From NCBI GenBank assembly GCA_045560235.1, contig JBJKZP010000008.1:3300-67299 (forward strand): a stretch of DNA of 64,000 bases, given 5' to 3'. Origin of the DNA: Fidelibacterota bacterium (lineage in GTDB: Bacteria > Fidelibacterota > Marinisomatia > Marinisomatales > Marinisomataceae). Positions 44,895 to 53,271 of this stretch are shown here, piece after piece (position 1 is the first letter of the stretch; every line of letters starts with the position of its first letter). A program made the translations under genes and the position numbers. The notes under the pieces were generated by a model. The model was given only the letters and a program-made list of their open reading frames with translations. It was not told the origin of the DNA and searched no databases.

Positions 44895-46198
44895 AAAATG
44901 TTTTGGTGGTCGGTTCGGGAGCAAGAGAGGTTGCTGTATCGCGAAAAATATCTGAAAGCAAAATTAAGCACGCCTTGTTTTGTGTCTCTGGTTTAGAAAA
45001 TCCACAAATAAAGAGTCTTTGTGCTGATTATTTTGTTTGTCCTTTAAGTCAAATAAAAAACATTTGTGAATATGCCTTGTTACAAAAAATTGATTTAGTT
45101 TTTATTGGCCCCGAAAACCCGCTAGCTGACGGAATCGTAAACGAGCTTGAAGCTGTTGGTATTTCTTGTGTTGGTCCAAAAAAAGAGGTTGCAATGATTG
45201 AGACAAGCAAGGCCTTTGCTCGCAACATAATTGAAGGCTGTGCTCCGGAGAAAAATCCAAAAAGGAGGGAATTTAAGTCTTTGGTGGGCGTAGAGAGCTT
45301 TATTAACAAACTTAACAAAGACTATGTTATCAAATATGATGGCCTTATGGGCGGAAAGGGCGTAAAGATTTCTGGAGAGCATCTAGCCTCTGTTTCTGAT
45401 GGGTTAAAATATGCTCAGTCTTTGGTTGAGCGCGGCGGATCTTTTTTGGTTGAAGAAAAGCTGATAGGAGAAGAGTTTTCTCTAATGAGCTTTGTTGATG
45501 GAAAAACGTGTTGTCATATGCCGATTGTTCAAGATCACAAAAGGGCCTTTGAAGGAGACCTGGGGCCGAACACCGGGGGGATGGGAACATACTCTTTTGC
45601 CGACCACTCTCTTCCCTTTTTGAAAAACTCTCAAGTTATAGAAGCACAAAAAACGAATGAGCTTGTTGTAAAACAGCTGCTTAAGGAAACCGGCGTTCGC
45701 TTTGTTGGTGTTTTGTATGGGGGCTTTATGTTAACTGGGAGCGGCATAAAGGTTATAGAATACAATGCGCGCCTTGGTGACCCTGAGGCAATGAACGTTT
45801 TAAGTTTAATGAAAACTGACTTTTTAAAGGTGTGTGGTGATATTGTTGGGGGCGCTCTTACTAAAAACTCGGTGGAGTTTGATGGGCTGTCAACTGTGTG
45901 TAAATACGCTGTTCCGGTTGGGTATCCAAACAACCCCTCAAAAGACTTTGTGGTAAATTGTAACAGCAAAGACCCTAATATTTATTTGGCTTCTGTTAGG
46001 CTTGTTAAAAACAGGGTTGTCGCCTGCGGCTCAAGAACGGTTGCTGTTGTTGGAAAAGACAAAAACGTTTCAGTTGCTGAAAGGCTTGCTGAAAAACTCG
46101 TTTCATCTATTGGGGGCGACCTTTTTCATAGAAAAGACATTGGAACAGAGAGCTTAATTTCAGGCAGAGTTAATAGAATGGAAAAAATTCTTAAATGA
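44891..46198 (+). CDS. purD: Phosphoribosylamine--glycine ligase
   Basis: VVGSGARE, IGPENPL, GGKGV, QDHKRAFEGDLGPNTGGMG, IEYNARLGDPE. Confidence 0.98.
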   Translation: MKNVLVVGSGAREVAVSRKISESKIKHALFCVSGLENPQIKSLCADYFVCPLSQIKNICEYALLQKIDLVFIGPENPLADGIVNELEAVGISCVGPKKEVAMIETSKAFARNIIEGCAPEKNPKRREFKSLVGVESFINKLNKDYVIKYDGLMGGKGVKISGEHLASVSDGLKYAQSLVERGGSFLVEEKLIGEEFSLMSFVDGKTCCHMPIVQDHKRAFEGDLGPNTGGMGTYSFADHSLPFLKNSQVIEAQKTNELVVKQLLKETGVRFVGVLYGGFMLTGSGIKVIEYNARLGDPEAMNVLSLMKTDFLKVCGDIVGGALTKNSVEFDGLSTVCKYAVPVGYPNNPSKDFVVNCNSKDPNIYLASVRLVKNRVVACGSRTVAVVGKDKNVSVAERLAEKLVSSIGGDLFHRKDIGTESLISGRVNRMEKILK

Positions 46199-46782
46199 GA
46201 CTTGCAGTACTAGGCTCTACAAATGGCACAGACTTAGAGGCCATAGTTTCGGCCATAAGGGGCGGCGCCCTTAATGCCTCTGTTGAGGTAATAATCTCAA
46301 ATAATAAAAATTCTGGTATTTTAAAAAAAGCAAAAAAACACTCTATAAGCTCTTGCTATGTTTCACACAAAAATAAAAAGCGCGATGTTTTTGATCTAGA
46401 AATATCTCAAATTTTGGAGGAGAAAAAAATTGGTTTGGTTTTGCTGATTGGGTTTATGCGCATCCTTTCTTCGTCTTTTATAGATAGGTGGGCTGGTAAA
46501 ATTATTAACGTTCATCCCTCCCTTTTGCCAAAATATGCGGGAGGAATGAACAACTCCGTTCATGAAAGCGTTTTGCTTTCGGGCGATAAAAAAACAGGCT
46601 GTACAATTCATCTTGTTACAAAAGAGGTTGATGGTGGCCCTGTTTTGCTACAACTGTCTTGCCCTGTGGAGAGCGGCGACTCGGTTGAAGATTTAAAAAA
46701 AAGGGTGCAGGAGCTTGAAGGGCAGGCCTTTATACAGGTAATTAAAAACTGGAAAAAATATGAGCAACAAGGCCTTCTTTAG
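46195..46782 (+). CDS. purN: Phosphoribosylglycinamide formyltransferase
   Basis: GFMRILS, INVHPSLLP, TGCTIHLV, VDGGP. Confidence 0.97.
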   Translation: MRLAVLGSTNGTDLEAIVSAIRGGALNASVEVIISNNKNSGILKKAKKHSISSCYVSHKNKKRDVFDLEISQILEEKKIGLVLLIGFMRILSSSFIDRWAGKIINVHPSLLPKYAGGMNNSVHESVLLSGDKKTGCTIHLVTKEVDGGPVLLQLSCPVESGDSVEDLKKRVQELEGQAFIQVIKNWKKYEQQGLL

Positions 46783-46871
46783 TTTAACTTTGTTTGTAGA
46801 AAGCGCTCTGCTTGCTTTGGTCTGCAGAAAAAAGCTTGTTAACGGGGGGGCCTAGAGCTTCCAGGACTATA

Positions 46872-48371
46872 ATGAAACAAAAAATCTTTCCAAAAACTGC
46901 TTTATTTTCAGTGTCTAATAAAAAGGGGCTGGTTCCTTTTGCTTCTTTTCTGGAAAAAAATGGAACAAAAATCATTGCAAGCGGCGGCACCGCTGCTGTT
47001 CTCAAAAAAAACGGAATAAAAGTAAAAAAGGTTTCTTCTTTAACGGGGTTTCCTGAAATATTTGGCGGTAGGGTTAAAACCATTAATCCTCACATCTCCG
47101 GCGGCATTTTAGGCAAGCGAGACCTTGATGCAAAAGAAGCAAAAAAAAACAAAATTTTATGGATTGATATGGTCGTTTGTAACCTTTATCCGTTTTCGAA
47201 GGTATCAAAAGACCCCAATTCAACCCTAGAAGATAAAATTGAAAATATTGATATCGGGGGGCCAACGATGATTCGCGCTGCTGCCAAAAACTACAAATGG
47301 GTTAGCGTTGTTGTAGATACGCAAGATTTTTTATCTATTAAAAAGGAGTTGTTAGCCGGAGGAATTACTGAAAAATTGAGGTTTGAGCTTTCTAAAAAAG
47401 CCTTTGGCCACTGTGCTGACTATGATGCCAAGGTTTTTGAAGTTTTGTCTGGAAAGGAAAATGAAAAAAAGTCTGTTCTTCGTTATGGAGAAAACCCACA
47501 CCAGGATGCTTTTGTTGTTGATCATGGAGAGGCTTCCACGGGGTTGCCTCAGGCAAAACAAATACAGGGAAAAGCTTTGTCATATAATAATTTTTTAGAT
47601 GGGGACGCCGCGCTTTCATGTTTAAATGAATTTAAAAAAGAGTCGGCCTGTGTTATTGTAAAACACAACTCTCCCTGTGGGGTTGGTGTTGGTAAAAGTA
47701 TTGAGGCCGCCTATGAAAACTCTTTAAAAGTAGATAGCCTTTCTGCTTTTGGGGGCGTTGTTGCTCTTAATAAAAGATGTAGTACATCTTTAGCAAAAAA
47801 ACTAAATAGGGTTTTTTTTGAAATTATAATTGCTCCATCTTTTGATGGGGGGGCACTTTCTGTTTTTTCGAAAAAAAAGAATTTGCGCGTCTTAAAGCTT
47901 GCTAAATACAAGCCCTCATCTTTTTCAATTAAAACAATTTCTGGGGGCAGTTTGGGCCAAGAAAACGACAAGTCTTCATTAAGGGAAAGCGGCCTAACCT
48001 TCCCAACAAACAAAAAACCTTCCAGCACACAAACCGCTTCTTTGCTTTTGGCTTGGAAGGTTGTTAAACACACAAAATCAAATGCTATTGTTGTTGCTAA
48101 AAATAATAAAATTATTAGTATTTCTGGAGGCCAAACTAGTCGGGTTGATGCTACCAACATTGCTTTTGAAAAAACTGATATTCCTAGGGGTTGCGTTGTT
48201 GCGTCTGATGCGTTTTTTCCGTTTAAAGATTCTATAGAAAAGATGGCCCGCCATGGCGTGTCTTCGATTGTCCAGCCGGGAGGATCAATTAGGGACAAAG
48301 AGGTTATTGAGTCTTGTAATAAAAATAAAATTTCTATGGCTTTTACGGGCTATAGGGTTTTTAAACATTAA
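46872..48371 (+). CDS. purH: Bifunctional IMP cyclohydrolase / AICAR transformylase
   Basis: ALFSVSNK, GGRVKT, IDIGGP, LRYGENPHQ, KHNSPCG, ASDAFFPF, QPGGS, RVFKH; ATG 46872 with AGGA upstream. Confidence 0.98.
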   Translation: MKQKIFPKTALFSVSNKKGLVPFASFLEKNGTKIIASGGTAAVLKKNGIKVKKVSSLTGFPEIFGGRVKTINPHISGGILGKRDLDAKEAKKNKILWIDMVVCNLYPFSKVSKDPNSTLEDKIENIDIGGPTMIRAAAKNYKWVSVVVDTQDFLSIKKELLAGGITEKLRFELSKKAFGHCADYDAKVFEVLSGKENEKKSVLRYGENPHQDAFVVDHGEASTGLPQAKQIQGKALSYNNFLDGDAALSCLNEFKKESACVIVKHNSPCGVGVGKSIEAAYENSLKVDSLSAFGGVVALNKRCSTSLAKKLNRVFFEIIIAPSFDGGALSVFSKKKNLRVLKLAKYKPSSFSIKTISGGSLGQENDKSSLRESGLTFPTNKKPSSTQTASLLLAWKVVKHTKSNAIVVAKNNKIISISGGQTSRVDATNIAFEKTDIPRGCVVASDAFFPFKDSIEKMARHGVSSIVQPGGSIRDKEVIESCNKNKISMAFTGYRVFKH

Positions 48372-48387
48372 TTATGGGGTTAATATT

Positions 48388-49242
48388 ATGAGAGAGCTTT
48401 TAAATAGGGTGTTGGGTTTTATCTTTTTCTTCTCCAAAAAAACCAAGCACTTCTTGTGGAAAAAAATCTACGACCGCCTAGCTAACACATATGAAATTTT
48501 TGACTGGGCTTTTATGAACTACGGGTTTGACTATGCAGACAAAAGCCGGGAGCCTCGCCTAAAAAAAGAAGATGAAAAATATAGGTATTGTATTCAACTA
48601 TATCACCACACCGTAGAAAAAATTTCCCTTAAGGGAAAAACCGTGCTCGAGGTTGGCTCTGGTCGCGGCGGAGGAACATCTTATATTGCCAGGTATATGT
48701 TTCCAAAAAAAATAACAGGAGTCGACTATTCTAAAAATGCAGTTGTGCTGTGTAATAAAATTCACAGCGAAGACAATCTGGAGTTTCTTGAGGGAGACGC
48801 ATCAAGCCTCCCCTTTGAGAAAAACAGCTATGACGTTGTTGTCAACGTTGAATCTTCTCACTGTTACCCATCAATTCCCAGGTTTTTATCTGAGGTCGAG
48901 CGCGTTTTAAGGCCGGGTGGCCTGTTTGCCTGGACAGATCTTTGTCCGGAAAAAGCAATGGCCTCCTATGAAAAAGACTTTAGTCGTTCTGGAATGAAGT
49001 GTGTTGAATCTTATGAAATCACAGACAGCGTTTTAAGAGCTCTTAATAAAGAAACAATTAATAAAACAAAGAACAACCTTATTAAAAACAACGTTCCTTT
49101 ACACCTCAGGGGCCTTGTGAAAGACTTTAGCGGAATAAAAGACACGGGCATTTATAAAACCCTAAAAGATGGAAGAACAAAATATTGGTTTAAGGTTTTT
49201 CAAAAAACAAGTGGAGAAAAAAATGAAAGCAATACTTTGTAA
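48388..49242 (+). CDS. Class I SAM-dependent methyltransferase (lipid/fatty-acid O-methyltransferase-like)
   Basis: FMNYG, RYCIQLYH, VLEVGSGRGGG, LPF..NSYDVVVNVESSHCY, LRPGG. Confidence 0.85.
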   Translation: MRELLNRVLGFIFFFSKKTKHFLWKKIYDRLANTYEIFDWAFMNYGFDYADKSREPRLKKEDEKYRYCIQLYHHTVEKISLKGKTVLEVGSGRGGGTSYIARYMFPKKITGVDYSKNAVVLCNKIHSEDNLEFLEGDASSLPFEKNSYDVVVNVESSHCYPSIPRFLSEVERVLRPGGLFAWTDLCPEKAMASYEKDFSRSGMKCVESYEITDSVLRALNKETINKTKNNLIKNNVPLHLRGLVKDFSGIKDTGIYKTLKDGRTKYWFKVFQKTSGEKNESNTL

Positions 49243-50224
49243 AGAGTTTGGTCCTGTTTCTGACCTTGTGTGGGAAGAAACCGCTGATCCGGTCGCCGGA
49301 AAAGGCGAGGTTGTTGTTGATATAAAGGCAGCCGGGTTAAATTATCCAGACAATCTGATTGTACAGGGACTGTATCAGTTTCAGCCTAAAAGGCCGTTTT
49401 CTCCAGGGCACGAGGGTGCGGGAATAGTTTCTTCGCTGGGTGAAGGCGTCAACAGGTTTAAGGTTGGGGACAGTGTTGCTTTTTTCAAGGGCTTTGGTGC
49501 TTTTGCTGAAAAAATAGTTATTCCTGCAGAAATGGTGTTTTCTATCCCAGAGGGATTTCCTCACCATATAGCTGCGGGTGTTTTTATGGTGTATGGAACG
49601 AGCTATCACGCTCTTGTCCAGAGGGCGGACATTAGAAAGGGTGATGAGGTTTTGGTTTTAGGGGCATCTGGCGGTGTTGGCCTGGCTGCCGTAGACATAG
49701 CAAAGTCTTTTGGCGCGCGCGTCGTGGCGGCGGTATCAACAAAAGAAAAGGCTGAGGTGTGCGCTGGTTATGGTGTTGATGATGTGGTTATCTATGGAGA
49801 AGAAAAACTGAACAAAGAAGAACAAAAAGCCTTTACAAAGGAGTTAAAATCAAAAAGTATAAATGGGGGTTATTCAATAATATATGATCCTGTTGGTGAC
49901 TGCTTTGCTGAGCCCGCCCTGCGGTCTATAGGCTGGGGTGGAACCTACTTGGTTGTTGGTTTTGCCGCGGGGAAAATCCCCTCTTTCCCCACAAACCTTA
50001 TGCTGTTAAAGGGTTGTGCGGTTTCTGGTGTGTTTATTGGAAGATTTCAAAAAGAAGAGCCAAAAAGGAACTCACAAAACCTTTTAGAAATAGGGGGGTT
50101 GTTGGCGGAGGGAAAGCTTGCGCCCATGATTTCAGAAACGATTCCCATGAAAGATTCTGTTGGCGCAATTGAAAGGATTGCTAGGCGCGGCGTTGTTGGT
50201 AAGGTTGTTTTTATAAACAACTAA
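49223..50224 (+). CDS. NADPH:quinone oxidoreductase family (MDR) protein
   Basis: AAGLNYPD..QGLYQ, PGHEGAG, VLVLGASGGVG, YDPVG, VGFAAG; GGAG RBS. Confidence 0.92.
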   Translation: MKAILCKEFGPVSDLVWEETADPVAGKGEVVVDIKAAGLNYPDNLIVQGLYQFQPKRPFSPGHEGAGIVSSLGEGVNRFKVGDSVAFFKGFGAFAEKIVIPAEMVFSIPEGFPHHIAAGVFMVYGTSYHALVQRADIRKGDEVLVLGASGGVGLAAVDIAKSFGARVVAAVSTKEKAEVCAGYGVDDVVIYGEEKLNKEEQKAFTKELKSKSINGGYSIIYDPVGDCFAEPALRSIGWGGTYLVVGFAAGKIPSFPTNLMLLKGCAVSGVFIGRFQKEEPKRNSQNLLEIGGLLAEGKLAPMISETIPMKDSVGAIERIARRGVVGKVVFINN

Positions 50225-50553
50225 CCAAACAACAAAAAAATACATAGCGAGAAAAGGGCTACCGAAGGCAGGGCTTTTTTAGGACGAGACCCAACCCTAA
50301 TGTGTGTCATTATTGCAAAAAACATTAACGTTGCTATTCCCAAAAGACCAAGGCTGCTTATTTCGGGGTTTGTGTTCAACAACATTGTAGCAAACGAAAG
50401 CTTTAAAACCCCCGTAAGGTCTCTTAGCCAGTCCGGGTAGTTATAGTCGTTTTTAAATTCTTTAATTATGTTTTCGTATCTTACAACCCAGACAAAGAAA
50501 AGGCTTGCTGCTATAATAATTTTTACCGCATCTATTATTAGTTCTGTGTTCAT
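50221..50553 (-). CDS. DoxX-like small membrane protein
   Basis: FFVWVVR, EF..Y.YPDW....G.LK, MFFAIMTHIRV, ALPS; four TM segments. Confidence 0.75.
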   Translation of the reverse strand: MNTELIIDAVKIIIAASLFFVWVVRYENIIKEFKNDYNYPDWLRDLTGVLKLSFATMLLNTNPEISSLGLLGIATLMFFAIMTHIRVGSRPKKALPSVALFSLCIFLLFG

Positions 50554-50560
50554 TTTTCCC

Positions 50561-51181
50561 CTATAGGTGGTCAGCTGGCAACAGCTCTTTCAGCGAAGCC
50601 ATTGTGCGCCGAGTTATTGTATTTTCTTTGTCGCCTTTTTTAACAAAAATAGGCTTTCCAAAAACAATTTTAACCTTTTTCCTTTTAAATTTCTTGATTT
50701 TTTTTATTATTCCCCTTGTTCCTATAACGGCCGTAGGAATTATTGGGATTTCGTTTTTTATTGCAAAATAGGCAACGCCACGCTTTCCCTCTTTCAAGCC
50801 CTCTCCCTTAATTGTTCCTTCGGGGAAAATACAAATTCTCTCTTTTTTAATTATTTGTTTTTGAATTTTTTTGATAGTTGATATTTGTACGCTTGATCTG
50901 TTAACCAACAACACGCCGTAAGACCATGGTCCCCAAGCCTTATACCATGGAAGCTCTACCTGATCCTGTGCCATTAAAAAAGTGATTGGTTTTCTAACCG
51001 CTGCTGCTATTGGAACAGGATCAACATCATCAATGTGGTTTGGGGCTAATATATATGGCCCCTCTTTGGGTAGGTGGTTTGCCCCCCTAACAGAATATTT
51101 TGTTAATAAAAAACACAACAAAACAGAAACATAACCTAAAACATACCGAAACAGCTTGTTTCTTGGATGAGATTTTGTCAT
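50561..51181 (-). CDS. Lysophospholipid acyltransferase (PlsC family)
   Basis: NHIDDVD (HxxxxD), IFPEGT, PIIP, FGKPI. Confidence 0.92.
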   Translation of the reverse strand: MTKSHPRNKLFRYVLGYVSVLLCFLLTKYSVRGANHLPKEGPYILAPNHIDDVDPVPIAAAVRKPITFLMAQDQVELPWYKAWGPWSYGVLLVNRSSVQISTIKKIQKQIIKKERICIFPEGTIKGEGLKEGKRGVAYFAIKNEIPIIPTAVIGTRGIIKKIKKFKRKKVKIVFGKPIFVKKGDKENTITRRTMASLKELLPADHL

Positions 51182-51185
51182 TTAT

Positions 51186-51626
51186 TTAAAACGGAAGGTC
51201 ATCTTCAACTGTTTGGTCTAGGCTTTCTTTTTTTGTCGGTTCTTGGTTCATTGATAGAGACGAATCTGAGTTTGACTCTCCCCCTCCTAAAATTTGAATG
51301 CCGCCATAGTTGTTTGCCACTACACCAGTAGAGTACTTGTCGTTCCCGTCCTTGTCTTGCCACTTATCTGTTTTTAAAGACCCCTCCACATAAACAAGGG
51401 TTCCTTTTTTAACATATGGTTGAACATACTTTTCTGCTGTTGCTCCAAAAACAGTGACCTTGGTCCATTCGGTTCTTTCTTGTATGGTTCCGTCTTTGCT
51501 TTTCCAAGACTCGTTTGTTGCAACACTAAAAGACGCAACCGCGCTCCCTTCGCCCGTAAATCTTATCTCTGGATCTTGTCCCAGCCTTCCTATTAGCGTT
51601 ACTTTGTTTACTGTTCCTTTTGCCAT
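51186..51626 (-). CDS. ssb: Single-stranded DNA-binding protein
   Basis: VNKVTLIGRLGQDPEIR, TEW, VYVEGSL, C-terminal DDLPF. Confidence 0.98.
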   Translation of the reverse strand: MAKGTVNKVTLIGRLGQDPEIRFTGEGSAVASFSVATNESWKSKDGTIQERTEWTKVTVFGATAEKYVQPYVKKGTLVYVEGSLKTDKWQDKDGNDKYSTGVVANNYGGIQILGGGESNSDSSLSMNQEPTKKESLDQTVEDDLPF

Positions 51627-51636
51627 TTTGATTCCT

Positions 51637-52977
51637 TTAGTTAAGGTTTAGTTCATTATAAATTATATCAACTCTTCTTTTAAATTTATTGTCTTTTTTT
51701 AATAGTTCCGCAACCTTTTTATGTGCGTGCATAATTGTTGTGTGGTCTCTTCCTCCGAGATGAACGCCTATTGCACTTAAGGGCATGTCTAGCACCTCTC
51801 TTGCTAAATATGCTGCTACCTGCCTAGCCTGGGCAATGTTTTTTCTCCTAGACTGTCCCACTATTTCTTCTTGTGAGACGGAAAAAATACTACAGACACC
51901 GCTAACAACATCTTGCATGTTTGCTTGGCCATACCCCTGATCCCCGAGCCTTTCTCTAATAATTGATTCAACAAGGGCTTCGTTTACCGTGTCTCCAGAA
52001 AGGGTGGTGTGAGCAAAAATTTTTGTTATACAGCTTTCAAGGTCTCTTATGTTTGTGCGAACGTGTGAGGCAATTTTTTCAAGGTGTTCTCCGCTTATTT
52101 CCATGTTGTTTTGCTTGGCCTTAGTAGACAATATTGCAACTCTTGTTTCAAAATCTGGTGGCTGGATGTCCGCATGAAGACCGGACTCAAACCTTGACAG
52201 CAGCCTGTCTTGTAGCCCAACCATTTCCCCTGGATACCTGTCTGCCGTCATTACAATTTGTTTTCCTGCGGTATAAAGATCATTAAAGGTGTGAAAAAAC
52301 TGTTCTTGTGTTTGTTCTTTTCCTTGAAAAAACTGTATATCGTCAATCAACAAAACGTCTGCCTTTCTATAAACTTTGGAAAAATCAAGAGACCTGTTTT
52401 CTTGGATGCTCGCAATAAAATCGTTTGTAAACTTTTCAGACGAGGCCAAAACAACGTTTAGTTGTTTTTTTCCCGCTATCAATTCGTTTGCAATGGCGTG
52501 TAGAAGATGCGTTTTCCCCAACCCAACGCCCCCATAAACAATAAGGGGGTTAAAGTCTGCGCTTCCCGGGGTGCTTGCCACTCTGTGCGCTGCGTTTTTT
52601 GCAAAAATATTATTTGGCCCCTCAATAAAAGAGTTAAAAACGTTACCCGGGTTTATGTTGCTTCTTCTTCCTGCGTTGCTTTGTTTTGTGGGCTCTTGTG
52701 AGTCTATGTCTACTGCAGAAATGTTTTGTTCAGACTGCGGGGCAATAGATATCTTTAGCTGAAGCGCTTCGTCTTTTTCTTTAAGTGATGAGAGTATAAT
52801 GTCTTGGTAGTTGTTTATTATCCAGTCATACGCAAACTGGTTTGGTGCTTCCAAAATAAATATATTGTTTGTTATTCCAACGGGAGAGAGCGTTTCAATC
52901 CATGCCTCGTAGGCGTGATCTGGTAGCGTCGTTTTTAAGTCTTCTGCTACATTTTGCCAAAAATTTTTATAATCCAT
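51637..52977 (-). CDS. dnaA: Chromosomal replication initiator DnaA
   Basis: NPLIVYGGVGLGKTHL, LLIDDIQF, QEQFFHTFN, RLLSRF, GGRDHTTIMHA. Confidence 0.99.
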   Translation of the reverse strand: MDYKNFWQNVAEDLKTTLPDHAYEAWIETLSPVGITNNIFILEAPNQFAYDWIINNYQDIILSSLKEKDEALQLKISIAPQSEQNISAVDIDSQEPTKQSNAGRRSNINPGNVFNSFIEGPNNIFAKNAAHRVASTPGSADFNPLIVYGGVGLGKTHLLHAIANELIAGKKQLNVVLASSEKFTNDFIASIQENRSLDFSKVYRKADVLLIDDIQFFQGKEQTQEQFFHTFNDLYTAGKQIVMTADRYPGEMVGLQDRLLSRFESGLHADIQPPDFETRVAILSTKAKQNNMEISGEHLEKIASHVRTNIRDLESCITKIFAHTTLSGDTVNEALVESIIRERLGDQGYGQANMQDVVSGVCSIFSVSQEEIVGQSRRKNIAQARQVAAYLAREVLDMPLSAIGVHLGGRDHTTIMHAHKKVAELLKKDNKFKRRVDIIYNELNLN

Positions 52978-52980
52978 TGG

Positions 52981-53000
52981 TTATCCACATCTTATTAACA
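52981..53000. promoter_or_regulatory. DnaA box(es) immediately upstream of the dnaA start codon
   Basis: Perfect TTATCCACA at 52981-52989, 3 nt from ATG; degenerate TTATTAACA at 52992-53000. Confidence 0.8.
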
Positions 53001-53129
53001 TTTTTTATATTTATATTTTATAACTTTACGCTCTTTTTTGTTTGAAGCATAGCTTTTTTGTGTTTTTATCTTTGTTTTATTTGTTTTACAAATAGTTTTA
53101 TTGGACTATATTTCGACAAACATATAATT

Positions 53130-53270
53130 ATGAAAAGAACATATCAACCAAGCAACAGAAAAAGAAAAAATAAGCACGGCTTTATGAAAAGAAAATCGAC
53201 CGTCGGCGGTAAAAAGGTTTTATCTTCGCGCATGAAAAAAGGTCGTAAACGTCTTACCGTATCCTCTTAA
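53130..53270 (+). CDS. rpmH: 50S ribosomal protein L34
   Basis: [18 protein letters not shown]...RMKKGRKRL; ATG at 53130. Confidence 0.98.
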   Translation: MKRTYQPSNRKRKNKHGFMKRKSTVGGKKVLSSRMKKGRKRLTVSS

Positions 53271-53271
53271 T

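Noticed and set aside
46783-46871. Possible ZMP/ZTP riboswitch before purH
   Set aside because: Conserved GACUGGCG and CGCCUGGGC elements are absent
47711-48298. 195 aa antisense ORF, and many 60-130 aa overlapping ORFs in the track
   Set aside because: They lie opposite or within conserved genes, have no motifs or RBS, and look like codon-bias shadows
53058-53129. Apparent N-terminal extensions on L34, and likewise on MgtE, PurM, PurB, PurH and the methyltransferase
   Set aside because: Longest-ORF artefacts; downstream starts match family N-termini and stop/start coupling
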